Source: Geosiphon pyriformis uo1 (lineage: Eukaryota > Fungi > Glomeromycota). From it: a stretch of 64,000 nucleotides of DNA. Positions within the stretch are counted from its first letter, which is position 1. Every line of letters starts with the position of its first letter. Positions 1 through 13,600 of the stretch are shown here, piece after piece. Position numbers and translations under genes: made by a program. The notes under the pieces are model-generated. The model ran no database searches. It worked only from the letters and a program-made list of their open reading frames with translations, and was not told the origin of the DNA. The stretch spans positions 751,538-815,537 of the forward strand of contig JAAOMT010000128.1 of assembly GCA_016748015.1 (NCBI GenBank), in the 5' to 3' direction.

Positions 1-3000
1 AAAATTATATTAAAAAACAACAAAATTTATAATTTTATTTACTTAAAATTCTCCAAATTCTGATTAATGTTTTGAAATTTATTAACTATTAATTTTAATA
101 AATCATTAGTAATTTCAAACTTAAACAGAAGATAATTTTCGTAACAAAATTTTTTTTTTATTTAGTATAATTATTAGAGTAGCTTACAAATAAAATTTTT
201 GTAGAAGAGTTAACTTTTCTAACAAAGTAACTACACATTTTAGTAAGCTTCCAAATAAACATTTCTTAAAAAAAAATTAATTTTTATCATAAAATAACTA
301 TATAAGTAACTAATATAAAATTGGTTATTTTATTTATAAGTCTAACAGTTTAAATTATAAAAGATAATTTGAAAATAAATTCAGTTATTAGAAATTTAAC
401 AGCTTTTAATAATTGTAAATTCGCAACAAAATAACAGTAACAATATTTAAAAAAAAAGACCAAAAATCTTTAATAATATTGTGTCTATTCTAATTAATTA
501 GTAAATAATTGCTAAGTTATTAGGTCTTTTATTTGACTGTGAATGTTTTTTGTATTATTATTTTTGGTTTTTGTTAATTTCTATTAGATAATAATAGAAC
601 ACTTTTTAAGAGATTGCAACAATTTTTTTCTGCTTTTATTAGTTTTTAGAAACAATAATAACCAAAACAACAAATCTAACAATAATAGTGCTTTTAATTA
701 AAGATCTAATTATGTTAATATTAATTTCTTTAGAGAAAATTTCTTAATTAAAATTATTATTTATTAGTCTTTAAATTAGTAGACATATTTCTAAAAAATA
801 AGAATACAAGTCAACCAAAAAAAATTTTTTTATGCTTTTAATTTAATTAATAAAATAAATTAACTATTAATTTTACTAAATTTACAAAAAAAAAAAGTTA
901 AGATTAATTTTATTTCAGATTTTAACAAAGTCTCAACTTTTACTACTGATAATAATAAGTCACTAAAAGCTAAAGTTTTTAAGAATTTTCTAAAATTAGA
1001 ACTTTTAAAAATTGTACAAAAATTTAGATCTTATTTTATTATTAAAAATTTTATAAAAATCCCAATATATATTATTTTTAATTAATTAATAATCTATTTT
1101 TAATTCAAAAAAAATCTTTACAAATTTTTAATTTCAAAGAAAATTTTTTTAAAATTAATAAATGTTTTTAACAAACTGAATTTACTAACAATAGTAATAT
1201 TATCTTTTTAATTTACAAAGTTTAAGTGATTGGTTATTTTATTAATCTGATTCTAAACAATAAATTATTTGTTAATATTATTCTTAAATACTTTCTTAAA
1301 ACAATTGGTAAAAAAATAAATAAATTTTCAATTCAACTTATAAACAATATACAAAAAAAGGCTTTTGTATAACCAAAGCTGTTCTTGTTTATATTAATAA
1401 CATTAGCATTAAAACTAACATAAAAATTTCTAAAACAAAAAAGTATATTATAATTGTTAACAATAAATGGCCTAATAAAGTAAAAGTTTTACTTAATTAT
1501 AAACTGTATAAACTAATTATTAGATATGATAAGAAGCTTATTATGATTAAGTATTATCATTAAACAACTTTTTTAATATCTAAACAAAACCAAGAAAAAG
1601 AACAATTAAATAAATTAGATAATAAAAAAAGTAATAAAAAAGAAAAAAAAAGAACAAGAAAAAACTATTAAACTTATTTATATTATTTTTACTAGCAATA
1701 GCAAGTTATTAAATAATATCAAAACTAACAAAGAAAAAATTATTGTAAATAACAAGTTAATCTGTTGGTCTTATTATAATATCTTTAAAAGAATTTTTAA
1801 TAAAAAATCTGATAATATAATTACTAGTAGTAGAGTTTTTGTATATAGTATTAGTGTAATAAACTATTGTATTTTTCTAATAATAAATACATGTTTTGTC
1901 TAATTTATTACAAAGATTGGGAACTTATTAGCCTAATATTTAAAGAAAAAATAAAAGAAATAAAAAAATTTTTTGAAAATAAACTGCTTGAAATTTAATT
2001 ATTAGTAGTAGAACAAAGAAAAATTTTTTTAGAAGAAAAAAAAACTAATATTGAAAATTTGCTGATTAAAAACAGTTTAATAATATCAAAAGAAAGTAAT
2101 ATTCTTAAATAAATTTATATAATACAACATACTATTATTATCAGAGAAATTTATTCTATTTATTTAAAGTCTTATTAATTTAATTACCACAATAATAAAT
2201 TCATCAAAAAAAAATAAACCAGATAAAAAATTTTGGATTCATATAAAAAACCAAAAATAAATAAATTTTCTTAGTTATAGTAATATTTAAGAAAAATAGA
2301 ATCTTATACTTCTGTATTAATTACTATTAATTAAATATTATTACTAAAAAAAAAAATTATTTTTCAAAATTAATACAATACTAAATCAATTTAAAGATGC
2401 TGCTTTTTTTTAATTATTAATTTGACTGCTAAATTTTGGCAAATAAAAATGAATTCAAAAAGTAGAAAAAAAACCACTTTTATTATTAAATAGTACCTAT
2501 AAATTTATAATTATGTTTTTTAGTTTTATCAATGTTTTTTTTATTTTTTAATGCTTAATAAACAAAGTATTTGAATCAGTCAATAGAAGTTTTGTTTTAG
2601 TTTATTTAAATAATATAATAGTATATTCAAAAATCTGGAATAAATATCTTGAATACTTGTAAAAAGTTTTTAATCTTCTTAAAAATACTGATCTTAAAAT
2701 CAATTTAATCAAATTTTTTTTTGAACATTAATCTATTTAGTTCTTTGGTCATCTTATTACAAAAAATAGAATTTTTTCTGATTTTGCCAAAATCAAAAAA
2801 GTTTAAAATATTAAACAATCAATAAATATCTATAAATTATATACTTTTTTTAAGTTGGCTTTTTATTATTAAAAATTTGGTAAAGATTTCTTTAAAATTG
2901 TCTTTTTTTCAATCAACTATTCAAGAAAACTATCAATTATTATTAAAATACATATTAGTAAAAAGCCTTTTAAATTTTAAAAGAAAAATTAGTTATAGAA

Positions 3001-5120
3001 CTATTTTTATACAACTTAATTTAAATTAATCTTTTATTTTTTACATTAATATATCTGACTTTAAACTTAGTGCTGTTTTTTTCCAGAAAAATAAAATAAC
3101 AAAAAGTATATTATAGTTTATATCAATCAATTACTTTTTTTAATAAAACAAAATTCACTTAGTTATTAAACAGAAATACTTAGCAATAGTTTAAATTACT
3201 AATTACTAAGATAAATATTTTTTTGGTATTAAATTTCTCATAATAACAAATTATTAAAGTTTGGTTTGGCTGTACAATAAAAAAAAGCTAAAACATAAAT
3301 AAATAATTTGCTAAATACTTTACTTAAATGAATTTGACTATAATATATAATATTAGAAAAAAACAAATTATTAAAATGCTAATATTCTTTTCAAACTTAT
3401 TACTAAGTAATAGTACAATCTTCTTAAATTAAAACAACCTAATTATTAGTAACTTTATTTTAACCAAACATAATAATAGACTTAAATAACTACTTTGTCT
3501 TAATAGAATTTTTGAATAAAAAACAATATTTACCAAAGTACACTTGATAGCAAAAAAAACATTTATTTAAATAATCAAATTTCTATTTGATTTATCAAAA
3601 CCAACTATACAAAAGAAACAAAAAAGATTTTAATAATTCTTAAAAAGTTATCAGATTTATAAAAAAAAATTGTAATTTACAATATATATTAATCTATTAG
3701 CTGAGCACTTTAGAAAAACAAAAACAATTCAGAAAATTTTAACTTATTATTATTGGTTTATCTTAAAAAAAGACATTGCTAAGTACATAAAAATCTGTAA
3801 TATTTGCCAAAAAATAATAATTTCAATCACAAAGAAAACTTATATTCAATCTTTATTGGCCAACTATTTGACAAAATTGGCATAAATATTGTGAAATCTT
3901 TAACAATAATTTCTAATAACAACGGATATATTATTACAGCTACTAACTATCTTATAAAGTAAATAAAAACAAAAGTTATTCCAGACCAAACAGCAGTTTT
4001 TATTGCCAATTTTATTTATAAAAATATTATTTGTCATTATAACTGTTCCAAAAAACTTTTGTTTAATAAAAAAAGAACTTTTCTTAATATACTAATTAAA
4101 AAACTTTATAAAAAGATGAAAATATATTATAAATTCTTTTTTTTTATCTTTAAACCAATAATTTAGTAAAATATTTCAACAGAATTCTATATAAAATCTT
4201 AACCAAAACTAGTAAAAAACAAACTTATAAGACAAAATACTACTTTTAGCTTTGTTTGCTTATAGAACTATAAATTATGATATAATAAGTTATAAATTTT
4301 TTTATCTGTTTTATGAACAAATAGCAATTTTACCAATAGAAATTAATATTAAAACAATATTTTTTAAAAAAATCATAATAAGAAATTATATGAACATTTT
4401 GCAAAAAAACTTAATATAATTCTTAACTTCTTAATAGAAACACAAATAATTGTCTTTAAAAAGATAAAACAATTACAAATAAACTAAAAAAAAATCCATA
4501 AAATATTTTCTTTAAGTGTTGATAACTTAATTTTAAAATACTATTTAAACAAAAACAATGTTTATAAAAATAAATTTTCTAATCAGTAAAAAGAATTTTT
4601 TTTAGTAAACAAAGTTTTAAACAATAGTTTTTATATCTTATAAAATCAATATAATACAATTTTTAATAATCATTTTATTTATGATACAAAATTCAAGAAA
4701 TATTACAAATAATCTAATTGGTTATCTGTTGTAATAATATTAACCTAAATAATTAACAAAAATTAAATATAAATAAATATACTATTCCTAAAACAAAGAT
4801 ATTTTTAATTAAAATGAATAATTATTTCTTAAATCAAAATATTCAAAATGCTTTTTATATTTTTTCTAAATATTAAACCAAAATTTATCCAAATGACACT
4901 TTGATTATTAGAAAACAAATTATTATAACTGATAATAATAAGACTTATACTATTATTAATTTAAAAAAACTACTATTAAAAAAAAATTGGTAATAAAATA
5001 GATAATTATCTATTTAAAAGCATAACAGCAGCAATACTTTTACTCTTTATTACAATTAAAAAAACAATTAAAAAAATTCTGTTTATAAATAAAAATTTTT
5101 TATATAAAAAATAATTAAAA
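1..5120 (+). mobile_element. Heavily decayed Ty3/gypsy LTR retrotransposon relic (end of 5' LTR, PR, RT, RNase H, IN; 3' end lost)
   Basis: ~150-478 aligns by eye with the 3' half of LTR-A (gtagaagagttaacttttctaacaaagtaactacacattt ... gaccaaaaatctttaataata). Eroded motifs: protease 'DLILDSG'-like ~1240; RT 'DLTAKFWQI' ~2420 and 'LVYLNNIIVYS' (YLDD) ~2596; RNase H 'YTDASG'-like ~3042; IN 'LAEHF...CNICQ' 3697-3810 and 'FDKIGINIV' ~3867. Confidence 0.8.
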
Positions 5121-5130
5121 TTTTATAGTT

Positions 5131-7420
5131 GTTTTTTTTTTATTTTATTTGCTTAATGAGTGCAGCCCAAAAACAATCTAGTACTATATACCAAAAAAAT
5201 GATCTAAACTAAATATTAATCATGCATTTTTTACATGTAACTAGTTACTTGAACCAATTAAGGACACATTACACTGAAACAATAAGAAGTGGGAATAATC
5301 TCAACTCATGAATTTTTTAATAACACTATTTAGATTCCTAGAATCAAAAATAAACTCATTAAGAAATAATCTAGTAAATTCAACACTACTCCTAATCTCA
5401 GCACCTGACATTTGCCACAAAGCTATAATACACTCAACAATATTTTCACTTAAGAGAGAAGGTTTGGTAATCTGCATATCATAATAATTCATGCCACCAA
5501 AGTCAACTTCAGATTTAAGACAAGCAATGTCCTTAGACACACCAACCAAAAGATTGGCAAAATTGTTAGAAGCATATTTCATAGAAAAAAGATCTTTCTT
5601 TGACTGAATAGTCTTAACAGCATTATTATCAAGGAGACAAGATACTAAGACAACCAAAGAGCCAACAGGCTCAATAATAAATTTTACCAAAGCAGCCAAA
5701 TTTGAAATTTGCTTTTCCAAAGAGTTTAATCTGAACCCAACAGCAGGATCAACAATAGCCACAGGAGGGGTGGAAGCCACCAAAGGAGGAAATTCAGACA
5801 TAACAGGGGGAGCAGATGCCTTAGCATAAGACAAAGAACCAACAAAATGTGGTTTGAATACCTTGAGAGCCTTAGAAAAGAGAGATAAAGCAACTTTACA
5901 GTTTACAGCCAAGTGACCTGTTTCTTGACACTGAAAACAATACCAACAATTAGAAGTCTCCCACCAGATACAGCACTTTCTAAGTGTACCAGTATTGGCA
6001 ACAACAAGATTCAAATCAGCTTGAGAGCCAAATGTAACTAGAGCAAAGTGGAAACAATGACCAGAATCAGGAGACCAAGAAATGAAACAAGACCAGCCAC
6101 CAACCTGAGAAATCATATTACTAATTTCAAAAGCAGTACAGCCAAAAGAAAGGTTGACCAACTTGGTCTTAAACCTATTACAAGACAAAATAGTCTCATT
6201 TTGATTCACCAAAGGAAGGATTCTAACACAATCCTTGTCCATCAATACTGACTAATGATTCAAAGCAGACATGACAGAATCTAACTTCTCAAAATGAATT
6301 ATCACATATTGCCAAATGCCAGCAGGCTTCAGCACAACACAAGTAACCATACCAAAAACATTAAAAGCTGTCTTAATGTCAGCAGCAGACACACTCAAAG
6401 GCACATTATGCAGTACAACAGTAGTAGAAGGGGATTCAAACTCAGAAACCACCAAAAACTTGGCAATTTTAAAAGTGGCAAGATAAACAGAGCTTGTAAG
6501 CTCAACTAAAAATGCAGTATCTAAAGAGGTTTGAAAAGCAAATTCCATACAAAAAAGCTTCATATTGTCTTTTAAAACAGACTTAGCACTCAAAAAACCA
6601 TGTATAGATTGAAAAACAGCCTTAATATAAGTTAATTTGATTTTAAAAGTAACACCAGGCACCAGAGTAGAGACCACCCACCCAGCAAACCTTTAATAAC
6701 TAGCAATAGTTTCCCAAGCACTACCAGAAGTAGCACCAGAAACTAGAGGAAAAAATGATTCAGTTTCTATCTGATCAGCCCAGTTTACAAAAACAAATAA
6801 TCCAACAGAAGAAGATTGTTTTGCTTCTAAAACTGGTGATGATCTGCCAAAAGACACCACATTTGGCAACACAGCCAGTAGTTAATCTTGGCCTATCTTG
6901 GATAATATGCCAGATGATGCTATGGAGATTTCATCTAAGATCTCATTTGGAACCACAAAGGGGTTCAGTATAACAATAGTAGAGGCAGGTAACTGTCCCA
7001 TTTTTTTGAACTTTTGGTTTTTTTGATCATTTTCTTTAAAGAAGAGATACTAGAAGCACCAGATGTTGAAGCTATAGAGGGGAACACCAATTTGTTAACT
7101 GGTCTATTATTAAATACTTTTGGGCTTTTAGTAAGGATAGAGGCAACACTGGAACTAACTCAAGTATGTCTCTTTGAGGGAACTTTGACTGGTGAGAAAC
7201 CAGCCAAAGATAAGAAAGTTGTTCCAGTGGCTACCAAAAACAGCTTTTCATGATTACTGGGTAAAGGAAAGGCTTCTAAAATGTTTTGCCTAGTTGCTTC
7301 TACAACAGAGAGAGCTTTTCTGGTTGAAATTTTATTAGATATCTTAGAACAGATATCAAGTGCAGCTTTTTTACTCTTTGCTCTAATTGTGGTCATAAAA
7401 TTAAGGAAACAAAGAGTATT
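5131..7420 (-). mobile_element. ORF1-only non-LTR retroelement ('half-LINE', family X copy 1), pseudogenised
   Basis: ORF pieces 7160-7396, 6252-6677 and 5301-6245 join into one ~700-aa Gag/ORF1-like protein: RRM-like segments, CCHC knuckle CFQCQETGHLAVNC, then a coiled coil. It is followed directly by a ~130-nt 3' tail and poly(A) (poly-T at ~5131-5150). No endonuclease or RT. Confidence 0.75.
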
Positions 7421-8499
7421 TTTTATGCTGTTGTTTTAGTAAAATTATAGAAAATATAAAGTTTATGAAAAAAAATAAACTCAAAAATACAAGTAAAAAT
7501 TTTGAATATTATATAATTAGATATTTCAAAAGTTTTAATTATTGCTAAAAGAACCAAAATTTTTATACAAAGATTTAGTTTCTTAAATTTAAAACTTATT
7601 TTATCTTAGATAATATATACTTTATTTATAAAAAACTTTATCAAATTAGTTAGCTTTAAGTTAAATAAAACTTTTTAAATAGATTATTTCATAAATAACT
7701 TGATTTTACTAAAATTTAATTTCTTTAAAGATAATTAAAATTCATAGTTTTTATTAATTATTATATATAGTAACCAATAATATTATATAATTAACTATTT
7801 TATTTTTAAATAATAATTATTGACTTAATTAATAACTTAATTATTGACTTAATCATTGATTTAATTATTAATATAATTGCTAACTTGATTATTAAACATT
7901 TTTAATAACTATATAAATAATAAGTCTCTTAATTATAAAAAAACATAATTATAATTAAAAAAAAATAAAATAACAATTATTATTTTAATTTTTTTTTTAT
8001 TACTTATTTTTTTTTTTTTATCTTTAAGTATCTTAATATTCTGAAATAAAAAATTACTTATTAACAATTATTTATCTTTTTTTGATTTATATAATTGTAG
8101 TATTTAAAGATTATTAAATAAAATATGACTAAAAAAATAAATTTAATACTTAATATTGAATTCTAAAAGTATTAACATAAGATATAAAATTATACTAATA
8201 TATTATCATTTATTAACAATATGAATTATTTCTTTACTTTCAAATTCTTTAGTTTATTTTTTAAAAAGAATAGCAATTAAAATATTTTATAAAACTAATC
8301 TTACATATTAAATTTATACTTATTTAATTTGCTTCTTAAAGTTAAATTTTTTTTGATTTTTATTATTATTTTACAATATTGTTTTTCTTTGTTATTTGTT
8401 AATTTATTACTTTAATTTATAATAATATTAAGTTTTATATTAAAATTATTAGCCACATTTTGTAATTTAGATTATTAAATAAGTTGGCTTTATAAAAAA

Positions 8500-9750
8500 A
8501 ACCACATAATTTATAGTCAAAATAATAAAAAGCCAGTATAATTATATATTAACAAAAAAAGTTTTATATTAAAACTTTTATTTTTTTGGTTTTTTTATTA
8601 TTGTGTTTTAATTAATTCTGTTATTGTTATTAATTCCATAATTGATTCAAAATTAAATTTTTTAAAATTTTAAATCTTTAATTTAGCTGTATTAATTAAG
8701 TTTGTTGTTAAATTAATTGGTTTTTTGATTACTTAAGTTACTTTTTTTTAACTGTAAATTATTAAAAAAAGTTTAAAATAAAAGTTAATCTAATTATAAT
8801 AACTAATATTACTTTGGGTTTTGTTGTAATTTTGGTTAATTTGTTTAAAAAAATAATAAAATAAGTACTATTAAGATATTTTTTTTAAACAGTTAATATT
8901 TAAATATTTAATATTATTATAACAAATAAATACTTTTAATATTAAGAGTAACATAAAAAAAATTAAATTATTTTTAAGTAAATTTATTTCAATAATTAAA
9001 ATTCAAATAATTATATTAATAAAATTAATAAGTTGAATTTATTTTTGGTTTTTCTAATTTAGTTTAATTTAGTTTTAAATAATTTAAATAGTTAATTTTA
9101 TATAAAAAACATATAAATTATAATTAATTTTAATTTAGAATTTTATATAATAATTAGTAATTTAGTTATATTTTATTAAAGCATAATAATAATAATATTT
9201 TATATAAAAGATGTATCTAGTAAAAAAATTTTAAATATTAATATTATTATAAATATTAACACTTGAATTATCTGATTTTTTAATTATAAACCTGTTTTTT
9301 TTTGGTTATTTAAAGCAATTTTTTAAGTTTTTTACTGTTTTTAAAATTATTTTACTAAATTTATAATTTATATTAAAACTGTTGTTTTTTTTAATAATGT
9401 TTAATTTAATAGTTTTATTAATAAAATATATAATTCTAATTTGAATTTTTTAAATTTAGTTAAATTTATAATTGTAAAATTTGATATTTTGGTAAATTTA
9501 ATTGTTTTTTTGGTAATTATTAAAGTAACCTTTAATATAAATATTAAAAGTTATTTTGTTTTTTTAAAAACTTGAATTAAGTATATTGTTAATTTAATTA
9601 TTATTATATTTATAGTTTTAAAAATTATAATTAATTATTATTAGTTATAAAAAATACATAATATATAAAACATATTAGATAATAATTGTATAAATATGTT
9701 AAAAATAAACAAGTATTTGCTAAATATTTTAGTAAAATTAAAATATTAAA
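8500..9750 (+). mobile_element. Extremely eroded family-X/LINE ORF1-like fragments
   Basis: 8580-8800 reads as an AT-shifted version of the X coiled-coil segment (SLESQISDLAALIKSIVEPVGSL). The rest is too eroded to assign. Confidence 0.4.
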
Positions 9751-10553
9751 TGTTTTTAATTTGAAAAATATATTAATTTAGATCTAAATAATTAATTATA
9801 TATAAAAAATATTTAAATTAAATTTATAGTTTAATTTTTAAGAATAAATGATATAGAACTTAATAAGATTATACTTTGGTAAAAATTATTCATAAATTAA
9901 GTATTTTTTATATGTAATTAATTATTTTTATTCATTAAAATTTAAGTTAAAACTAATTTACTATTGTGTTTTTATTTAATAAATTACAAAATCAAGATTT
10001 TTATTTTTAAACTATGTAAATACTAATAAGTAATTTTTTATCACAAATAATGTTTAAATACTTGAAAATAAGAAATTAATAAGAAAAAGAATTAATAAAA
10101 AAAGAAATAGTATATTCAATATATTTAAAATCCGATAATTTTCTATAATTAAAAAAAATATTGCTATATAGCTAATAAAAAAAATGTAGTAATACAATAT
10201 TTTATAATTAGCTTAACAATTTTTGTTTTAAATTACTAATTAAAAAAATATTATCAAAATAAGTGAAATTCTAAAATTAATAATATTTTTAATTTGAATA
10301 AAAAATTTATTTACAAAAATGTTTTTGATTAAAATTGGTTTAAACTACTTGTATTAAACACATTTATAAATTAAAGAAATCGCTTGCAGCAGAAAATACT
10401 TGAACAAAAACCTTTAAACAAGCAACAATTAAAGAACTCGAATGATTAATTCGTAATAGGAGTAATAATATTACAGGGGTCAAAATCGTTGATCGCCACA
10501 ATAATGTGACCCAGTATAAGAGCCTTTGTCACTTTATGACATTGGAAATTCCA

Positions 10554-10563
10554 TCGCGTTTTT
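10554..10563 (-). promoter_or_regulatory. Possible MCB/E2F-like G1/S element (AAAAACGCGA) upstream of RFC1
   Basis: ACGCGA about 80 nt upstream of the ATG of a DNA-replication gene. It is a single short match. Confidence 0.25.
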
Positions 10564-10639
10564 GCCTCTTTACATTCTCTAGCGAACCCAATTTTGATAA
10601 TAGCCTTTCGTTTTAGCTAAAACAAAATCTAATATCACT

Positions 10640-13600
10640 ATGGATATCCGAAACTATTTTCAAAAAAAGCCTGAAAGCCCTGGTGAAATCTCAACAATTA
10701 ACCCTCAACCTTCCCCTACAAAGGTACTTGTATACTGCTTAGCCAAAGAATTAAGGCGCGTCTAGTTACTCTTTTATAACTTCCCAACGCTTTAGCTCAG
10801 TGAAACGAAGCTATTGACAAAGAAGGCACCACAGAAGAAACGAAGGATCAGAGGTAAACTCCCCTAATTTTAAGTTGACTTGTTCCCATTACAGTTTTTA
10901 TGTGTACATTAACACAACTCCTTTTTCAGAAGAGTCGGAAGATGAAGTTTTTGAAAAGAGGCAAACCATTATTTATCAAAATAACCTTTTTTTTGACTGT
11001 CACTAACAACCGGCTCTCTTTAGCAATATCAAAGTTTCTCCAAAAAATCCCAATGACAAAAAATCCATATCCTCATCGCGTTTATCTACCCGACAACCAA
11101 CTCGTCAGCCTTCCCCAAAAGCTCAAGAACAAGAAAGCGACAATAAACAGGTTACATCAAATAAGAGGTACCTTAATTTTCTCTGTAGAATTTTGCTCAA
11201 CATCATAAAGATCTCGTACATCGAATTTTCGTTTTTCCAAATTTTATATATATCTCTCACCAAAATATAACTTTTCTTAGGCCCAAAAAACTCCAAGTTG
11301 AAAGTAAACCTAACAAACCATCTCGTAACGTACCAAAAAGTGATCCTCCTAAATCACCCGTGCCGGTATGCTCTTACCTAATTCATGGGCTTCTTTAAAT
11401 TTGAAAATTTGAAAATTTATAGTACCATGTGTTATAATTTAGGATTCAACCACTGTAAACTCGTTCGATGAAAATAGGCAAGATTCTAAAATAAATTTTG
11501 AAATTGATGAAATTGAGGGTGAGGTGGCTACTGAGGAGCAAACTAGAGGAGGAACCACACCAAATTCAACTACTAGCAAAACTGTTAAAATTCCTAAAAC
11601 TCCCGCCGTCAAAAAATCATCTGAGCCCTTGAAACGCCCTATAAAAAGAAAGAGCGACGAATCTTTTCCGCCAGTTGGCACTTCTAAAAAAAAACAGGCG
11701 AAAAATGAGCTCACGAACGATGAATTTATCGCTGATGAAATCAGTGATCAAAAAATCAAAACTGTTGCTAAAGCTTCAAGGCCTAAAACTCCAAACGCTC
11801 AAAAAAATAATGACAACGAATCTGAGCCAAAACCTGCCAAAGCAGCATCTAAACCTAGGTAAACCAATTTATATGATATTGGCCCGAATATTCGCTTTAT
11901 TTTATCTCTTTTTCCATTAGTCAACAATATTTTCGAAAGTCGAAAACTGGGCCCTCTGCTCCTGGGTCAAAAGAAATCCCTCTAGGTGAAGATATGTGCT
12001 TGGCAGTACGTATTGGCCTAATATTTATTTGCCTGTACCTTTCAATACGTAGCTCCAATATGTTAAAACTAATTTTATCATTCATACGCCTTCGCCAGGG
12101 TAAAGCATTTGTTTTCACCGGAGAATTGACGTCCATAAGTCGGGAAGAAGCTCAAGATCTGGTGAAGCGTTATGGCGGGTAGGTTCATAGTTTTCCAAGA
12201 CTCAACATATTGGGGACTAATTTGCTATACTTTTATTTGGCCTTCTAGTCGTGTGACCGGCGCTATAAGCTCCCGCACAACTTACGTTGTGGTGGGAGAT
12301 GATCCTGGCCCAAAAAAAATCGAGAAGGCCCAAGAGCTTAAGATTAAAACCTTGAACGAGGATGAGCTTTTTGAACTCATAAAAACATCTGTTGGAAAAG
12401 AAGCTGAAGTTACGCCTTCCAAAAAAGGCAAAAAGAAATCTGACGAAGCTTCCCTTGATAAACCTGAAAAGGTTTTACCCACTCAGTCTCACTCTGCTCG
12501 GCTTTCTTCGGTTCAATCGCCTCCTCATACGGCGTGAGTCTTTCATGACAATGATAATTAAAATCTTGTGTAGATTTCACCTTCAATTTATTTCTATGAT
12601 TAATCTCTGTGTGCAGATCCAACAAGCAATTATGGGTAGAAAAGCATAAGCCTAACTCGCTAAAAGACTTGTGCGGTAACAAGGCTCTTGTCGAAAAGCT
12701 GCAAACTTGGTTACGTGAATGGTAGGTGGACCGGTGTATCCTTTTAAATTCAAAAGCAAAATTGTCACTATTTCCTGAAATTTATAGGGGAAATCCTCAG
12801 AAAGGACACCCTCGAGCTGTGTTGATATCTGGACCTCCTGGAATAGGGAAGGTAATTCACTATGTTAAAAATCTCAAGCACTGTTTTTAGGATTATAGAA
12901 TAGATATTCCTTATCCTTTTTATCAACAGACAACTGCAGCTCATCTGGTTGGCAAATTAGAAGGCTATACAATCAATGAATTTAATGCAAGTGACACCCG
13001 ATCCAAAAAATCTTTAGACGTTTGTATATTTCAATGTGAAAAACCATATTTTTGTATTTTTATATTGTCACTATATCAATCTAATCTTCACTCTTGTATC
13101 TGGGATTTTCAGCAACTTGTTAAAATTGCAACCCAAAACACTTCAATCACAAGTTTTTATCATGGGAACAGTATACAAAATGACGAAAATGATAAGGACA
13201 AAGGCACTACTGAGGTTGGATAAAGTAAAACTTTAACCAAATAGATTTCTCTTAAAAAGAAAGTGATATATTTTAAAAATTTATGAAGGAGATACCTCTT
13301 CATGGCCGAACACTTATAATTATGGATGAGGTAGATGGGATGTCATCTGGGGACCGTGGTGGAGTGGCAGAATTAATTCAGTTGATTAAGAAAACACAGG
13401 TACCAACATTCAGAGATTCAAATTTTAAAAGAGAAATTTTATTCGTAAAGTTCAATATTGATTTTATCCTCTAGGTACCTATAATTTGCATTTGCAATGA
13501 CCGCTCCTCACCGAAAATGCGTACTTTGGGGCAAACATGTGGAGACATAAGATTTCAAAGGTAACACCAGAAAATTAGACTTGTTTTTATCATTATAGAT

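Noticed and set aside
7420-8500. Very AT-rich tract with short repeats (ttattgacttaat at ~7815-7890) as a centromere or origin
   Set aside because: Not distinguishable from terminally eroded TE or LTR sequence seen elsewhere in the window.
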